From contig NC_043001.1 of the NCBI RefSeq assembly GCF_006345805.1, positions 66,340,001-66,404,000 of the forward strand: a stretch of DNA of 64,000 nt, in the 5' to 3' direction. Positions within the stretch are counted from its first letter, which is position 1, and each line of letters opens with the position of its first letter. This DNA is from Octopus sinensis. Its lineage: Eukaryota. A program made the translations under genes and the position numbers. The notes beneath the pieces were generated by a model. It was not told where the DNA came from. It did not search any database and saw nothing but the letters and a program-made list of their open reading frames with translations. This document shows, in pieces, positions 39,204 through 52,873 of this stretch.

Positions 39204-39356
39204 AACGTAAGGTGTACTAGCCATCTGAATGTGGCTAGCCACTGGGGGTGGGGTGTTATTGATGCTTTTAGCCCCAGATCGCCTGGGGCTAAAAGCATCA
39301 GTAACACCCCACCCCCAGTGGCTAGCCACATTCAGATGGCTAGTACACCTTACGTT
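39204..39356. repeat. Near-perfect 153-bp palindrome (74-bp arms, 5-nt loop)
   Basis: 39204-39277 versus 39283-39356 with one mismatch; the left arm and its flank are homologous to 58101-58216. Confidence 0.97.
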
Positions 39357-39438
39357 ATATATATATACCGGAGTAAACACATAAATGTGAAACAAGGTGG
39401 AAAAAAGAGTACTCAAATACCAGTGGTAGAGTAATATG

Positions 39439-39962
<524 letters not shown>

Positions 39963-40522
39963 TGTACATACATATTATCAGCAAAAATAGTAGTGTTTAG
40001 AAGTATCATGGATTAAAAATTCCTTATATTCCAACTTCACACCTGAGGAAATGTTTTTTGTTTTTTTTTGTTCTCGTTTTTCCTTTCAATTTATTCCTTC
40101 AAAGTAAGTTTTATTAAACATGTCTAATATCAATAATAACAAGACTACACAAGTACGTGATTGTGCGACCAGCTAGAAACAGCAACCAAATTTCCCTCAA
40201 ATCAACTAAAAAGAGAAAGAGAAATGGATACGTTGGATAATGTAGTCCCACGTACACTATGAAGGAGATAAGACAGGGTGGTTACAGTTAGATCTGGTGT
40301 TAAACAACAACAACAACAACAACAGTATAAAGGTACCTTCAAAAACAAAACATTCATAATCAAATTATATTTTATAACTGTAGCAAGTAAATGAATAATA
40401 GCCAGTAAGTTAAAAAAATAACAAAATTAGAAAAATAAAGAGAAACAATGACTGTTGATATTAATGTTTGTGATGACAAGTTTGTTTTTTTTCTGAGTGA
40501 TACCCTGTGGCTAATAAAAGAA

Positions 40523-40555
<33 letters not shown>

Positions 40556-40591
40556 GTTATTATTATTACCAGGGTCATTGCAAATTACCTT

Positions 40592-42040
40592 TTACATGCC
40601 GAAAATTTTTACAACACCATCTTCCTGGGTCACTAACAGTTTGGATTTATCACTAAAATAAAGTCCCACGGGGCGACTGATGCCGTCAGTTCCATCCAAG
40701 AGTATCCTTTTAAAGAATCCGGTTTTGCTCATATGAATGATTCGGTCATTTTTCGTGTCAGCCAGAAAAACTGAGCCGTCTTGACCACAACAAACTCCAC
40801 GCGGTTCTTCTAAACACTCGTCACTTTCGGAAGGGTCTGGTTTGTACATAAAATTGATGCTACCGTCCCACTTGTAGGAGATCAGAGACCGTTCTAGGGT
40901 ATCTGAGACTATAATATCGAAATTCGGGGATATTGTAAGGCCCATTGGTTTTCCGACGCAGTTTCGTTGAATGGTATAAAGAATAAAACAAGCATAGGAG
41001 AGGACATCGATGCACCAGAAGTTTTCCACGCAGTGCGTAGCGACTAACTTTTCGGGTTGTCCTACTGCGATACACGCATATTTTCGAGGTGTTGGGATAT
41101 GGTCAATTACCTCCATAGATTTATCAGGATCAAAAGTAATAATTTCTGATTTTTGGGGCAAAGTAACCAATGCCTCACCTTCAGGAAGGAGAGTAATATC
41201 TCCTGGTTCGGACATCAATCGAAGCAAACCAATTAATTTCCCGGACAGGGAAAATTTCTTCACGTGTCGATTTTTCACATCGACCCCTAATACTTCCCCC
41301 GACGGAAGTATAAGGGCATTGTTTAAAATGGAAGGGACTTCGACACCTGGAAGATGAGCTGTGAATTTATTTTCCAACGGCAACAATAGACCATTTTCTT
41401 CTTTGACTTCACTTTCTTTAGGCATTTTGGTAGTATTTTCTTCGTTTTTACAATCTGTTAACTCGTCCTGAGATTTTAGGTTTTCGTCCTCTTTTTTCAA
41501 TACCATGGCTTCTTCGTTCAACTTTTGGCTAGTTTGTAGAATTTTCTCTTCTTTTTCTAACACCACTGTATGTTCCTTAAAGGTTTTCGCATCAAATGAC
41601 TTCGTAACAGAGCTTTTAAAGATATCTGTGTCACTGAAACTTAAACGAGGATTTCGAACTGTTTTATTTAAACCAATCGATTTTCGATTAGTGTCATTGG
41701 CAATATTGCTCTCGTTTATTATTTCTATGTTCATATCAGTCAGGAAAAAATTTTCCGGGAAACCATCAGCCCATTCAATATAAGGGCGTGTTGGGTCGAT
41801 TGGTTGCGTATCTTCCTGGCAGTCTGGACATGGGAAAGAGCCCTTGTTTGTCTCACTCAGATATGTTTGAATGTAAGAGCTCAAACAGGTTTTACAGTAT
41901 GTATGTAGGCAGGGCAACGCCCTGGGTGAGTGAAACTTTCCGCTGCATATACTGCAAGTCAGTGGTATGTTCTTCTCAGTCAGAGCAGCAGTATCGGCCT
42001 TGATTTCTTGAGAGGGTACCACAACCTCTTCAACATCCAT
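40592..42040 (-). CDS. RING-HC finger + NHL-repeat beta-propeller protein (TRIM-NHL-like E3 ligase without B-box), 482 aa, single coding exon
   Basis: CSIC...PCLHTYCKTC...CPDC (C3HC4) followed by FPENFF; C-terminal repeats PGDITL, PMGLTI..DIIVSD, PRGVCC..DGSVFLAD, PVGLYF. In-frame TAA 7 codons upstream of the ATG. Confidence 0.92.
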   Translation of the reverse strand: MDVEEVVVPSQEIKADTAALTEKNIPLTCSICSGKFHSPRALPCLHTYCKTCLSSYIQTYLSETNKGSFPCPDCQEDTQPIDPTRPYIEWADGFPENFFLTDMNIEIINESNIANDTNRKSIGLNKTVRNPRLSFSDTDIFKSSVTKSFDAKTFKEHTVVLEKEEKILQTSQKLNEEAMVLKKEDENLKSQDELTDCKNEENTTKMPKESEVKEENGLLLPLENKFTAHLPGVEVPSILNNALILPSGEVLGVDVKNRHVKKFSLSGKLIGLLRLMSEPGDITLLPEGEALVTLPQKSEIITFDPDKSMEVIDHIPTPRKYACIAVGQPEKLVATHCVENFWCIDVLSYACFILYTIQRNCVGKPMGLTISPNFDIIVSDTLERSLISYKWDGSINFMYKPDPSESDECLEEPRGVCCGQDGSVFLADTKNDRIIHMSKTGFFKRILLDGTDGISRPVGLYFSDKSKLLVTQEDGVVKIFGM

Positions 42041-42182
42041 TGCAAGGTTAGGGACAATTTACTTTCAAAGTTCACCAGTTGTCAACTAAATACACACAGG
42101 ATAGACACAGAATGGCCACTCATAGCACGGCTTGTTTTATTACTGAGATTTCTTTTTTCTATTTCAATAGATTTGTCAACAT

Positions 42183-42852
<670 letters not shown>

Positions 42853-43275
42853 CTGCTTTTCGTCTTCCTTCGAAACGAATGAAATGGGTGGGTGGAGACG
42901 AAAAAAGACATGAAAAACAATAATTACTGGTTTGGACGTGTTAGGTGTATATTATTTAATTATTTCGATATTTCTATCCAGTCACTTTCTATTAATGCTG
43001 CTGGACCCAGAGAGAACACAGTCATTCACACAAAATGCATACAGACACATGCACACGTACAGCACATATTCGCACACTCAAACAAACACGCAATCCCTTT
43101 TTATATTAGACATCGTAGATTCACTCTTGTTGATAGCATACACCTGTAGACTCGTATGTGTGTGTAAATATATGATATATTTATGAAACCATGTGCTAAC
43201 TAGCATTACAAACCTATTCCTAGCAACATTTTAAATGTATTGTAATCGTAGTCACCCACATGATATATATATATA

Positions 43276-44040
43276 TAATTAGAAAATGAGGAAAACCACA
43301 GATTAACCAACACATCATTTGGACCACATTTATAACTTATCTTTTAATACAAAGCATGACATAACAAAATAGGGATCTTTTCATTTTCGTGGCCTGTAAA
43401 GTCAGATTTTTCCTACTTAACCAAACAATTTGAAACTTCGTATACTGGTAGAATGTGTCAAAAGAAAACATTATTGGGATCTTATAGGTGACATAACACA
43501 TCTTACGGCCGTTACTGACTGGTTTGCTAAAATGCAGTCTGTACATAAATGTGAGAATAAAATTCTTCATCTTCATTAGAGCATTCGAATTAAAGCAACG
43601 GATCTTCACCAGAGTGAAAAACAAAAGCATACAATATGAACAAAAGGAAGAAGGAAAAGGAAAGCAAATATGGCTTAGACAAATAGTCTAAGTAATAGTC
43701 TGTAGCCCTGATGGTAAATAATTATTTGCTCTTTACATATTGGGCTTCTAGACTATTTATCTAAACCATGTTTTCTTTCCTTTTCCTTCTTCCTTTTGTT
43801 TATATTGTATGCTCTCGTTTTTCACACTGATGAAGATCTGTTGCTTTAATTCGAATGCCTTATGATGAAGAATTTTATTCTCGCATTTATATATAGACTG
43901 CATTTTGGTAATCCAATTAGTAATGGCTGTAAGATATATTACATCACCTATTTTGTTATGCCATGCTTTGTATTAAAAAATAAACTATGTGGTCCAATCG
44001 ATGTGTTGGTTAATCTGTGGTTTTCTCAATTTTCTAATTA
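43276..44040. mobile_element. ~765-bp foldback element (long diverged inverted arms, ~55-bp spacer)
   Basis: TAATTAGAAAATGAGGAAAACCACAGATTAACCAACACATC.. versus ..GATGTGTTGGTTAATCTGTGGTTTTCTCAATTTTCTAATTA; pairing continues inward to ~43690/43745; the left arm has a ~110-bp extra segment. Confidence 0.9.
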
Positions 44041-44452
44041 TTTGTATTGGTTCTTGATAAACATTTGCTTTATGCTGTTGTTACTTCCACTCTGGTGTGC
44101 CTACGCACCATTGCCTGGAGATGATACAGGTAACGGATACTGATAGTATGTACGGATATTTTATCCCTTAGTTGGTTACTATAACTGCTAACTTTTACAT
44201 ATATATAGAGAGAGAGGGGAGAGAGAGAGAGAGAAGAGGGATTACATACATACATGTTTGTCTGTATGAAGGTGTATGTATGTACATTGATATATGTGTG
44301 TATATGTATATACACTTATTACTTCAATCCCTAATCCTCTCTCTCTTCTCTGTACTATTAGATTTGCTCTTTATTTTACCTTCCAGATATCTGTACAACT
44401 CCTGATTGCTAATAATATATAAACACTTCATCTAAATGTAAATTCTGTATTA

Positions 44453-45728
44453 ATCAGGTTGTCTGGAAAGTTCGTGCCGTTTTTTAAAGGAAAGAATAAG
44501 GTCAATAAATACTTGGCATTACATTTTAAATCAACCAAATATGAATCATTTTGTTGCACAATGCATCTCCATATTCCCTTTAACTTGAAAATACCCTCTT
44601 CACAGAATTGAGGTGGTTTCATGGCAAAAAATTCATCAGGGTATGTATCTTTTTATGTCATCCAAAGAATGGAAATTTTTACCATTAAGACTATTCTGCA
44701 GAGACCTGAATAAGTGGAAATCCAAAGGAGAAATATCTGGTGAATTTGGAGGGTGGGGTAACACATCCCAGCCGAGCTGCAGCAATTTTTGTCTGGTTCC
44801 CAAAGAAACATGCGGTCTTGCATTATCATGTTGGAAAACAACACCCATCCTGTTGGCCAATTCTCTTGAATTGCTGCGTTTTACTCATCCAGTTGTGTGC
44901 AGTATTTCTCAGAATTAATTGTCTGGTTACTTAGGAGAAGCTCATAATACAGAATTCCTTTCCAATCCCACCAGACACAAAGCAAGACTTTTTTTAGGGT
45001 GAAGACCCTCTTTTGGGGTGGCTAAGGGTGGCTCATGTTGCTTACTCCAGGATCACTTTCTCTGAACATTTTGGTAGATAATCCATTTCTCATCACCTGT
45101 CACAATTTGCTTTAAAAAAAGGCATGTTTTCATTTCGTCTATAAAGCGAATCACAGATGGAAATGCGATCCAAAAGGTTCTTCTCACTCAACTCATGTGG
45201 TACCCAAACATCGTAGCAATTTGTGTACCCAAGCTTTACCAGGTGCTCATGAACGACAGATTTTTATAGGTTGAGGCTTTCTGCCAATTCTCGAGTTGTG
45301 TAATGTGGGTTATTCTCAATTAATGACTTGATTTGGTTGTCATCTGTAGTGGATGGTATACCTGATCACTCTTTATCAATAAGGCTACAATCTCCTGCTC
45401 AGAACCTTGCAAACCACTTATGTACAGTTCTTTCAGATAAAGAAACATCATCCTAAGCTGTGCATATTTCTTTGGTTGCTTGTGAGGCATTTTTCCATTT
45501 ACAAAAAAAGCATCAAGTGGTGAAAATGAACTTTCTTATCCTCCATTTTAAAGAGTTACAGAATTAACACAGGTTATAGGAACATAAACCTTCTTCTATG
45601 AAAAGATAGCTTAAACTGTGCTCTAAATGGAGGTGTAGTCAAATCCTATTTTATGGACCCAGCCATGTTCTAAAATAAGTTGAAAAGTAAGCTACTATAA
45701 ATCGGCACAAACTTTCTGGACAACCCAA
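44453..45728 (-). mobile_element. Full-length-sized mariner transposon, transposase pseudogene
   Basis: TIRs GGTTGTCTGGAAAGTTCGTGCCG / CGGCACAAACTTTCTGGACAACC, TA at 45729; ATG at 45546 (MEDKKVHF); QHDNARPH and PNSPDISPLDFHLF motifs; stops and frameshifts. Confidence 0.93.
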
Positions 45729-45977
45729 TATTTGATTCTGTCTGAAGAATTTCAAAGAGAAAATTTCTTACATGTTTATCCTATGCACACAGTTTTGTAA
45801 CTTCTATTAGCAAACAAAATGTGTAATGGTGAGAAAATAATATCAAAAACTTTTTCCACTCTCCTGTTTTGACATATACATACCAAATACATTCACAAAC
45901 ATATTTTTAATCAGCAGAAGTTACAAAGTGACTCAAGTGTCAAGAGTTTCATGCATGCCACTTACCTAACCAGCAGC

Positions 45978-46046
<69 letters not shown>

Positions 46047-46099
46047 ATATAAGTAGTAATGCCATTCTACACAAGCAGTGATCATCTCTTGCTACAGGC

Positions 46100-48040
46100 A
46101 AAGGTTATGATCAATGAAATCAGAGGGAAAAAGGCTCTGCATATCTCAATAATCAATGTGTCAAGGCTTTTGGTGTGAAACGTTACAGGAAGCTATCAAA
46201 AAGGAAATCTGGAGTCAACTTGTAGAACTCAATGAGGGCTACAATTTGCTGGTCTTGAAAGTTAAAAGTTGCATATTGAAAGCAAAAATCTGCAAATCAG
46301 CAGAAGCCTGGCAGAAGAATCTTGGAGGAGACAAAGAAAATGCTAGAGAAACAGAAAATGGCTAAGAGGAACATGAAAGATCACCTTGAGTATTCTGTTC
46401 TCTGCAAAGTGATCAGACAACATCTAAGAAATGACTTCAAAAATTATAGACTGAAGAAATTGATGTAGGCTACAGAGAAAAAGAAAAGTTTTAAAATATG
46501 CAAGAGAGAGCTGATGCTCTGTAAGTCAGGGGTAACAGTACTTAAAACAAGGGTGAGCTCATGGTGACATACAAAAGGGAGATGGAGGAGGTAAGCAAAA
46601 CCTTCTACACCAATCTTGTTAAATCATCAGTGAAGCTCAATCCCACATCACCACAAATGTTGAAAGAAGAGTCACCTATTCTGATCAATGAAATTGAAAA
46701 TGCCATCAAACTGATGAAAACAGACAAAGCTCCTGAGAAAGATGGTATCACAACAGAGATGTTATGATGTGGAGGTGAAGAGTTGTGGAAAATGCTCATT
46801 CTATACTTCAATTTATCTGTGGAAAGAGTCAAATATGATCCTGCCTCATAAAAAGGGTGATAAAGAAGATAAAATTATCGTTCCTTATGCCTTTTGTCTC
46901 ACCTCTGTAAACTGTCTACAGAGGTCACCAGAGTATCAAAACACCTCCATGACCAACTGCCAAGAGAGCAAGCAGGTTTCCATGAGACTATAGAATGATA
47001 GATCATATATTCACTCTAATATAGCCCATAGAACAAGTGAGCAAATACAAGCTTCCTCTGTGTATCACTTTTGTTGATTACAAAAAGGCCTTTGATTGTG
47101 TCAAGATGAACACAGCGTTGAATTCTCTGGAAATGCAAGGTGTTGAGGTGCAATACATCAAACTGCTCAGAGATGTGAACTGTGGATGCACAACAGATGT
47201 ATCTCTGCTATCACCACCAGTAAGGGTCCCAGTTGAGAAGGGTGTCAAGCAAGGAGACACCATCTCTCCAAAGCTCTTTCTGCATGTCTAGAAATGATCA
47301 TCAAGTTCATTGACTGGACAGGTGACATGAACATCAATGGTGAGCAACTAACACATCTCTGATTTGTAGACGATTATTGTAGTCATTGCTCAAACCACAG
47401 ACCAGCTACAGAGCATGCTGACAAAGCCGAACAAACAGAGCTTAGCTGTCGATCTTAAAGTAAACTGCATGAAAACAACATATGCGGCCAGAAGATGTAA
47501 CACAATGCCAAATAGAGGTGAGAGATGATGAAATCAAAAAGGTAAAGGAATATAAACTACTCCGGGCTCACAGTGAATATGTGGTGAGATATGGATTTTG
47601 AAATCTCAAAAAGAATAAGGGCTGGGTGGAAGATGTTTAAATCGATAAAGAATGAACTTCAAACAAATCTAGGCAATGCAATATGTGCCAGACTCTTCAG
47701 TAGCACCATCCTACCCATGCTCTTATATGCAAGTGAGACATGGGCTACTACAAAGAAAATAGAACATCAATTGGCTACAATGCAAAAGGCCATGGAAAGA
47801 TCCATGATAGAAATATTACGAAGAAAGCATGTTCAAAATGAGATAATTTGTGAATAAAGTGGAATGATGATGTGATCAAAGAGTACTGAAAGTACAAGTT
47901 CTGCTGCTGGGTCAGACACATTGCAAGGTTCACAGACGACAGGTGGACCTGTGCAGTTACCAAGTGGTATCCAAGAGACTGGAAAGGACCACTTGGAAGG
48001 CTTCCATGACAATGCAAAAATGATTTGGTCAAGCAAGCAA
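46100..48040 (+). mobile_element. Degenerate RTE LINE (third family)
   Basis: KAPEKDGITTEML, FVDYKKAFDCV, KGVKQGDTISPKLF and LLYASETW fragments in shifting frames. Confidence 0.88.
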
Positions 48041-48618
48041 CATATTCAGATACTCAATCAACCAAAATACTAGACCACAGATGGACAAAAACAAGTGACA
48101 TCATTAAATTTACAGTCAATCTGAATTTGAACCTATACATAAAAAGCAATTTCAGCTTCAGACAGTTCAAGCTCTAACCAGCAAAACCAGCAACGAAGAA
48201 TCTTCCTTCATGTACTATGATAAAAATTGTAGAAAAAAAAATTTTTTATTTTCCTTTTTTCTTACTCTTTTAAAAGTTTCATTGTATCTCATTGCTAATA
48301 TACCTCAATGTTAGAGAACTTTCAATCGTGTGAGATTGTTATGAAATACATTAGACATTTGAACTTGTATTGTTGTCTCTGCAAAACTTTATGCATATTG
48401 GAATTTGTATGAAGATTTGACATTTTAAACATGTTTTTCCAAATTTTCCCTTGTACCTTCAATCTCTCTTACATTTTTGTTTTTTTATTTATCATTCAGA
48501 GACAAAAAAATTGTCAAAACCCAGTTTGGTATGTTATCAAATTTAAAAACTACAATGTGTTTTAAGATTCAGGTGCATTTTCAACCTCTAAAACCAACTC
48601 TTCTGCTCACACACACAT

Positions 48619-48654
<36 letters not shown>

Positions 48655-50575
48655 TGTGTTACACAAAGAAGTGGTATATAGTACCAGAATTTTCAACTCG
48701 AGTCAAATGTAACAAAAAAATCCAAATCATTGTTAGAGTATCTACTTAAGTAGTGTCAAGACCGGTTAGTTTATACTGCTATAGAGTTGTCATCGTCATC
48801 ATCATCATCATCATCATCATTTTATCTCTTTCCATAGAAGGGAGGTAGGGGTAAAGAAGTGCATTAACCAGTAGAAAGAATGAAGTGTGTGATATGGAAG
48901 GATATTCTAGTGTTAAGTGATTGGCAAGTTTAATTTTCCACCAAAACAAATTTATGTGTGTATTGGAATAATATTTGTAGAATTCAGCTTCATGTCCAAA
49001 CTTCTTGCCTGCTTAGAGTCTGAACTTCTTGCCTGCTTAGAGTCAACAAAGGACAATGTTATGCTGATGGCATAATTTGAGGCAGAAACACATGTTCCTT
49101 GCCTCTAAGAAAGATTTTTTAAAAATAAAATGAAAAACATAGTCTTTTTCTTAAAGACATGTTAAGTCTTGGGAATTCTTGGTTTCTTAAGATTATCTCA
49201 CTCATTCAGAGTGAAGAGTTCAATAAATTTATTCTCCCTTTTCGTCTTTGTTGTCTAAATGTTACTGCCACGTTGTGTTATTTCCCTTTGCTCATTTTCA
49301 TCCTAATTATACAAATTATCTTTGATCACAAATGTTTTCTACTAATTTGTTTTAGTCTGTCTTATGTCTAACTGGAGTCAGCTCTGTTGTAATGACCCTG
49401 TATGAAGTGAAAAGCATAGCAATGTTTGAAACTGATTGCTCAGCTGATTTCTTGCTATGTTCTTGAGTTGATTGGTTGTGTTCTGTTACCATCAGCTATG
49501 AGTGATATCATTTGAAATGCTGAATTGTATTTTAGAAGATAATTCTGAAATGTTATATTTTAGGAGTAACCTAAAGTGTATTCTTGAGAAATTTAGAAGG
49601 CTCTTGCATTGTTGGAAGGTTGACCTCACCTCATAAGCAATGCAGACCTGGTATTGTGCAGACCAAATTTTTGTACCTCACTGTTGATAGTATTTGATCA
49701 ACTTACCAAGGGGATTTGTGAGTTGCAGTAATCTTTGAGGGGTCATAAGAAAAAGCACCCATCAGTTAATTTATGTTTCTTGTAGACTACTGTACTTTCA
49801 CTTATGCTGTAGAATGGCATGCTTGATTAGTATTTCACATTATTTGTTGTTGTTCTTCAGTTTGTTACCCCACTTTTTCTCTTTCGCAGTGATAGCCCAA
49901 ATAGTGATATCTGTCCATTTTTGATACATGCATCTGGCTAACTGGATAAAATCAGTCATGACAGTTATAAGAAAGAAAGAGGATATTTAATTAAAATGCC
50001 CTCTGTCTCAATGTAGTCATGGAAATGATTGTTTATTAGAATTAGTTAATTCTTCTTCATGTTACCATGCAGTGCTTCATATTATGGGACATCTGGTTGA
50101 TGTGACACCTTGACAAGGGATTCAAATCAAGAGAGCTGGGAGTAGCATTATAACGAGGTGAGTAAATGAAGGAAATGTAGAAATGACTTATAACTTGAGA
50201 TAAAATGAACAGGTAAGTAACGATTTATTCTCCGTTATAAAATACAATGATTGCCATACATGAAATAAAATAACATAACACATTGCAACAAAGACGTGTG
50301 AAAGAACTTCGTGGGTAGGCAGGTCTGATCTAGTAGACATAGTTGAGGTACTGTTTGGTGGTGTGTAGAGGCAGCCGTTGGTCTGTTGGCCGTGTGATGT
50401 CCATACAGCAGTGATGTAGACAGGTGTCTGATGGTGAAGATGAAAGTAAAGACTGGCTAGTGTCAGACACATCATTGTCGGAGATGAGTTGCGAGTGGTC
50501 AGTGGCATGTGCCAAAGACCTAGAGTAGTCAAGAACTGCTGTTCTTATAGGAAATAGTAGGCTTCCAGGAGCTGG

Positions 50576-50793
50576 TGATTAATTTCCTGCGTAAGGAAAA
50601 AGGAACTGTTGCACCAACATGATTGGACAGCTGGAAACCAACCAATACAAATAAAAGGGTCATTTAATCACAAGGTCATGTGACCTGCTGGAACAAAAAG
50701 GGCATGTGGGGCTGATATTCGGGTATTTAAGCCTAGATGAGTCAAAACGAAAACATCTCGCATGTAATGACAGTATAAATCACTTCTGCTACA
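50576..50793. repeat. Dispersed promoter-like (LTR-like) repeat, copy 1 (copy 2 at 63596-63812)
   Basis: Collinear over ~215 bp, with an identical 38-bp core TTAATCACAAGGTCATGTGACCTGCTGGAACAAAAAGG. Confidence 0.85.
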
Positions 50794-51408
50794 CTCACTT
50801 CCCTGCCAGAACATTTGTCATAGACAAAAGTGCGACATGCAAAAAGAGACCAGTAGCAGAAGAGAGAATGTGCCAAGGTACAGAAAAGTGCACAAACAGT
50901 TGAAAACAACTGAAAAATAATTGTCCAAAATCTGCTGAAGCAGAAGAAAAGCAAAGCAAAATAAACATTTCAGGACCAAATTCAAAATTCAATGCTCAGT
51001 ATTAAAGTGTCAGAATGGATAGCACGAGGCAGAAAGCATATATGTAAGTATGAACATTGAGCAAAAAATATTTGACAGTCAAAAATGTGTGAACAAAACA
51101 TTTAACAATAAAGAAAAAACAGGAACAATGTGAAAAAGGGGTCCCGAAATGTGAAAACATGCAAAAAATATGTAAAGCCAGTCTTCTGAAAGTACAAACA
51201 TGCAAGTAGTTCTTTGTGTACAGACAGTCCACTTTAAGATGTTATGTCTAATTCTCTTCCTGATGAAATATTTAACTCACTATTTTCAATATGCAACTTT
51301 AATTTATTGATTTGTAATTGAATGAGTTAGGTATGGAAACGATTGTAGGTAACAGATATGTTAATACATTGATGTTTATCTGTTAAAATTCTCCGTTTTT
51401 TTCTTACT

Positions 51409-51714
51409 ATATAGCACCTTGGGCAAGCCTTGTGAATGGATTTGGTAGACAGAAACTGAAAGAGGCCCGTCGTATATATTTATATATATGTGTGTATGTG
51501 TGTGTGTATATGTTTATGTGTCTGTTTGTCCCCCCAACATCGCTTGACATCCGATCCTGGTGTGTTTACGTCCCCATAACTTAGCGGTTCTGCAAAAGAG
51601 ACCGATAGAATAAGTACTAGGCTTGCAAAGAATAAGTCCTGGGGTCGATTTGCTTGACTAAAGGCGGTGCTCTAGTATGGCTGCAGTCAAATGACTGAAA
51701 CAAGTCAAAGAGTA
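51409..51714 (+). mobile_element. SINE (same family as 10208-10565), head truncated
   Basis: GGTAGACAGAAACTGAAAGAGGCCCGTCG-(TA/TG)n-...AAGAGACCGATAGAATAAGTACTAGGCTT...GTCAAATGACTGAAACAAGT. Confidence 0.9.
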
Positions 51715-51976
51715 TAAGTGAAACAATCTTTGAACTCCTTAATGTACTTAATTTGTACCTATTATTAAACAATAAATACCAATACTATTAAGTAATACTG
51801 GTCTCCTGAATATTTCATTGATATATAAGAATAAACTGGTGAAGCTAGGATGTTAACATCCCTTTTTAAGAGGTATCTGTATCCTCAAAATAACTATATG
51901 TGTGTGTGTGTGTGTGCATGTGTATATATATATGGCAAATGAAGACGGAAGATGGAATGTACATATATATATATAT

Positions 51977-52410
51977 ACTAGCAGTATAGCCCGGTGTTGC
52001 TCAGGTTTGTTTTTTTAGTTGTGCTTAAAACGGCAGGCTTTGATGTCACATTAACAAAGTTTTGAAATAGTTTCAATCTTTTTTGAAAAGTAAAAATTTC
52101 GCATTATGTAGCTTGTTATTCTCTTTAAGTGAACATTTTTCTGGTTGAAATACACCGAAAAATGGTGACACAGCAGTCAAAAAATCATAAGAAATAGGGA
52201 TTTTCATAGAAAAAAGTACCTTTTTGATGTAAATAATTTTTGGTCTTAACATGGTCCAATTTGAATTTTTTCTTCTACAGAATGAAGAGCAAGCCTTCTT
52301 CTATCATACTCTCAATTTTGATCAACTTGTGTTACGGGATCTCGGAGGAGATAGTTTTAGTTGAAGGCTACCAAACCTGCCACACACACACACAACTTCA
52401 ACTTTATATA
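51977..52410 (+). mobile_element. Non-autonomous Helentron/DINE-1-like element
   Basis: Starts ACTAGCAGTATAGCCCGGTGTTGCTC within (TA)n; has an internal AATTTTGATCAA motif and (CA)n, and ends CAACTTTATATATA. Class assigned from remembered architecture. Confidence 0.6.
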
Positions 52411-52420
52411 TATATATATA

Positions 52421-52815
52421 TACTCTTTTACTTGTTTTAGTCATTTGACTGTGGCCATGCTGGAGCACCGCCTTTAGTTGAGCAAATCGACCTCAGGACT
52501 TATTCTATGTAAGCCTAGTACTTATTCTATCGGTCTCTTTTGCTGAATCACTAAGTACGGAGACGTAAACACACCAGCATCGGTTGTCAGGCGATGTTGG
52601 GGGAACAAACACAGACACAAACACACACACACACATTTATATACATATACATATATATGACAGGCTTCTTTCAGTTTCCATCTACCAAATCCACTCACGA
52701 GGCTTTGGTCAGCCCAAGGCTATAATAGAAGACACTTACCCAAGGTGCCACGCAGTGGGACTGAACCCGGAACCATGTGGTTGGTAAGCAAGCTACTTAC
52801 CACACAGCAAGTCCT
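52421..52815 (-). mobile_element. Full-length SINE (same family); second partial copy at 52895-53045
   Basis: Minus-strand head GCTGTGTGGTAAGTAGCTTGC...GGTTCAGTCCC; the body is the reverse complement of 51409-51714. Confidence 0.9.
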
Positions 52816-52822
52816 CTGTGCT

Positions 52823-52873
<51 letters not shown>

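Noticed and set aside
43827-43858. Hammerhead ribozyme (CTGATGA...CGAA)
   Set aside because: The GAAA core reads GAAT, stem II pairs poorly, and the other arm has CTGGTGA. At most a decayed remnant.
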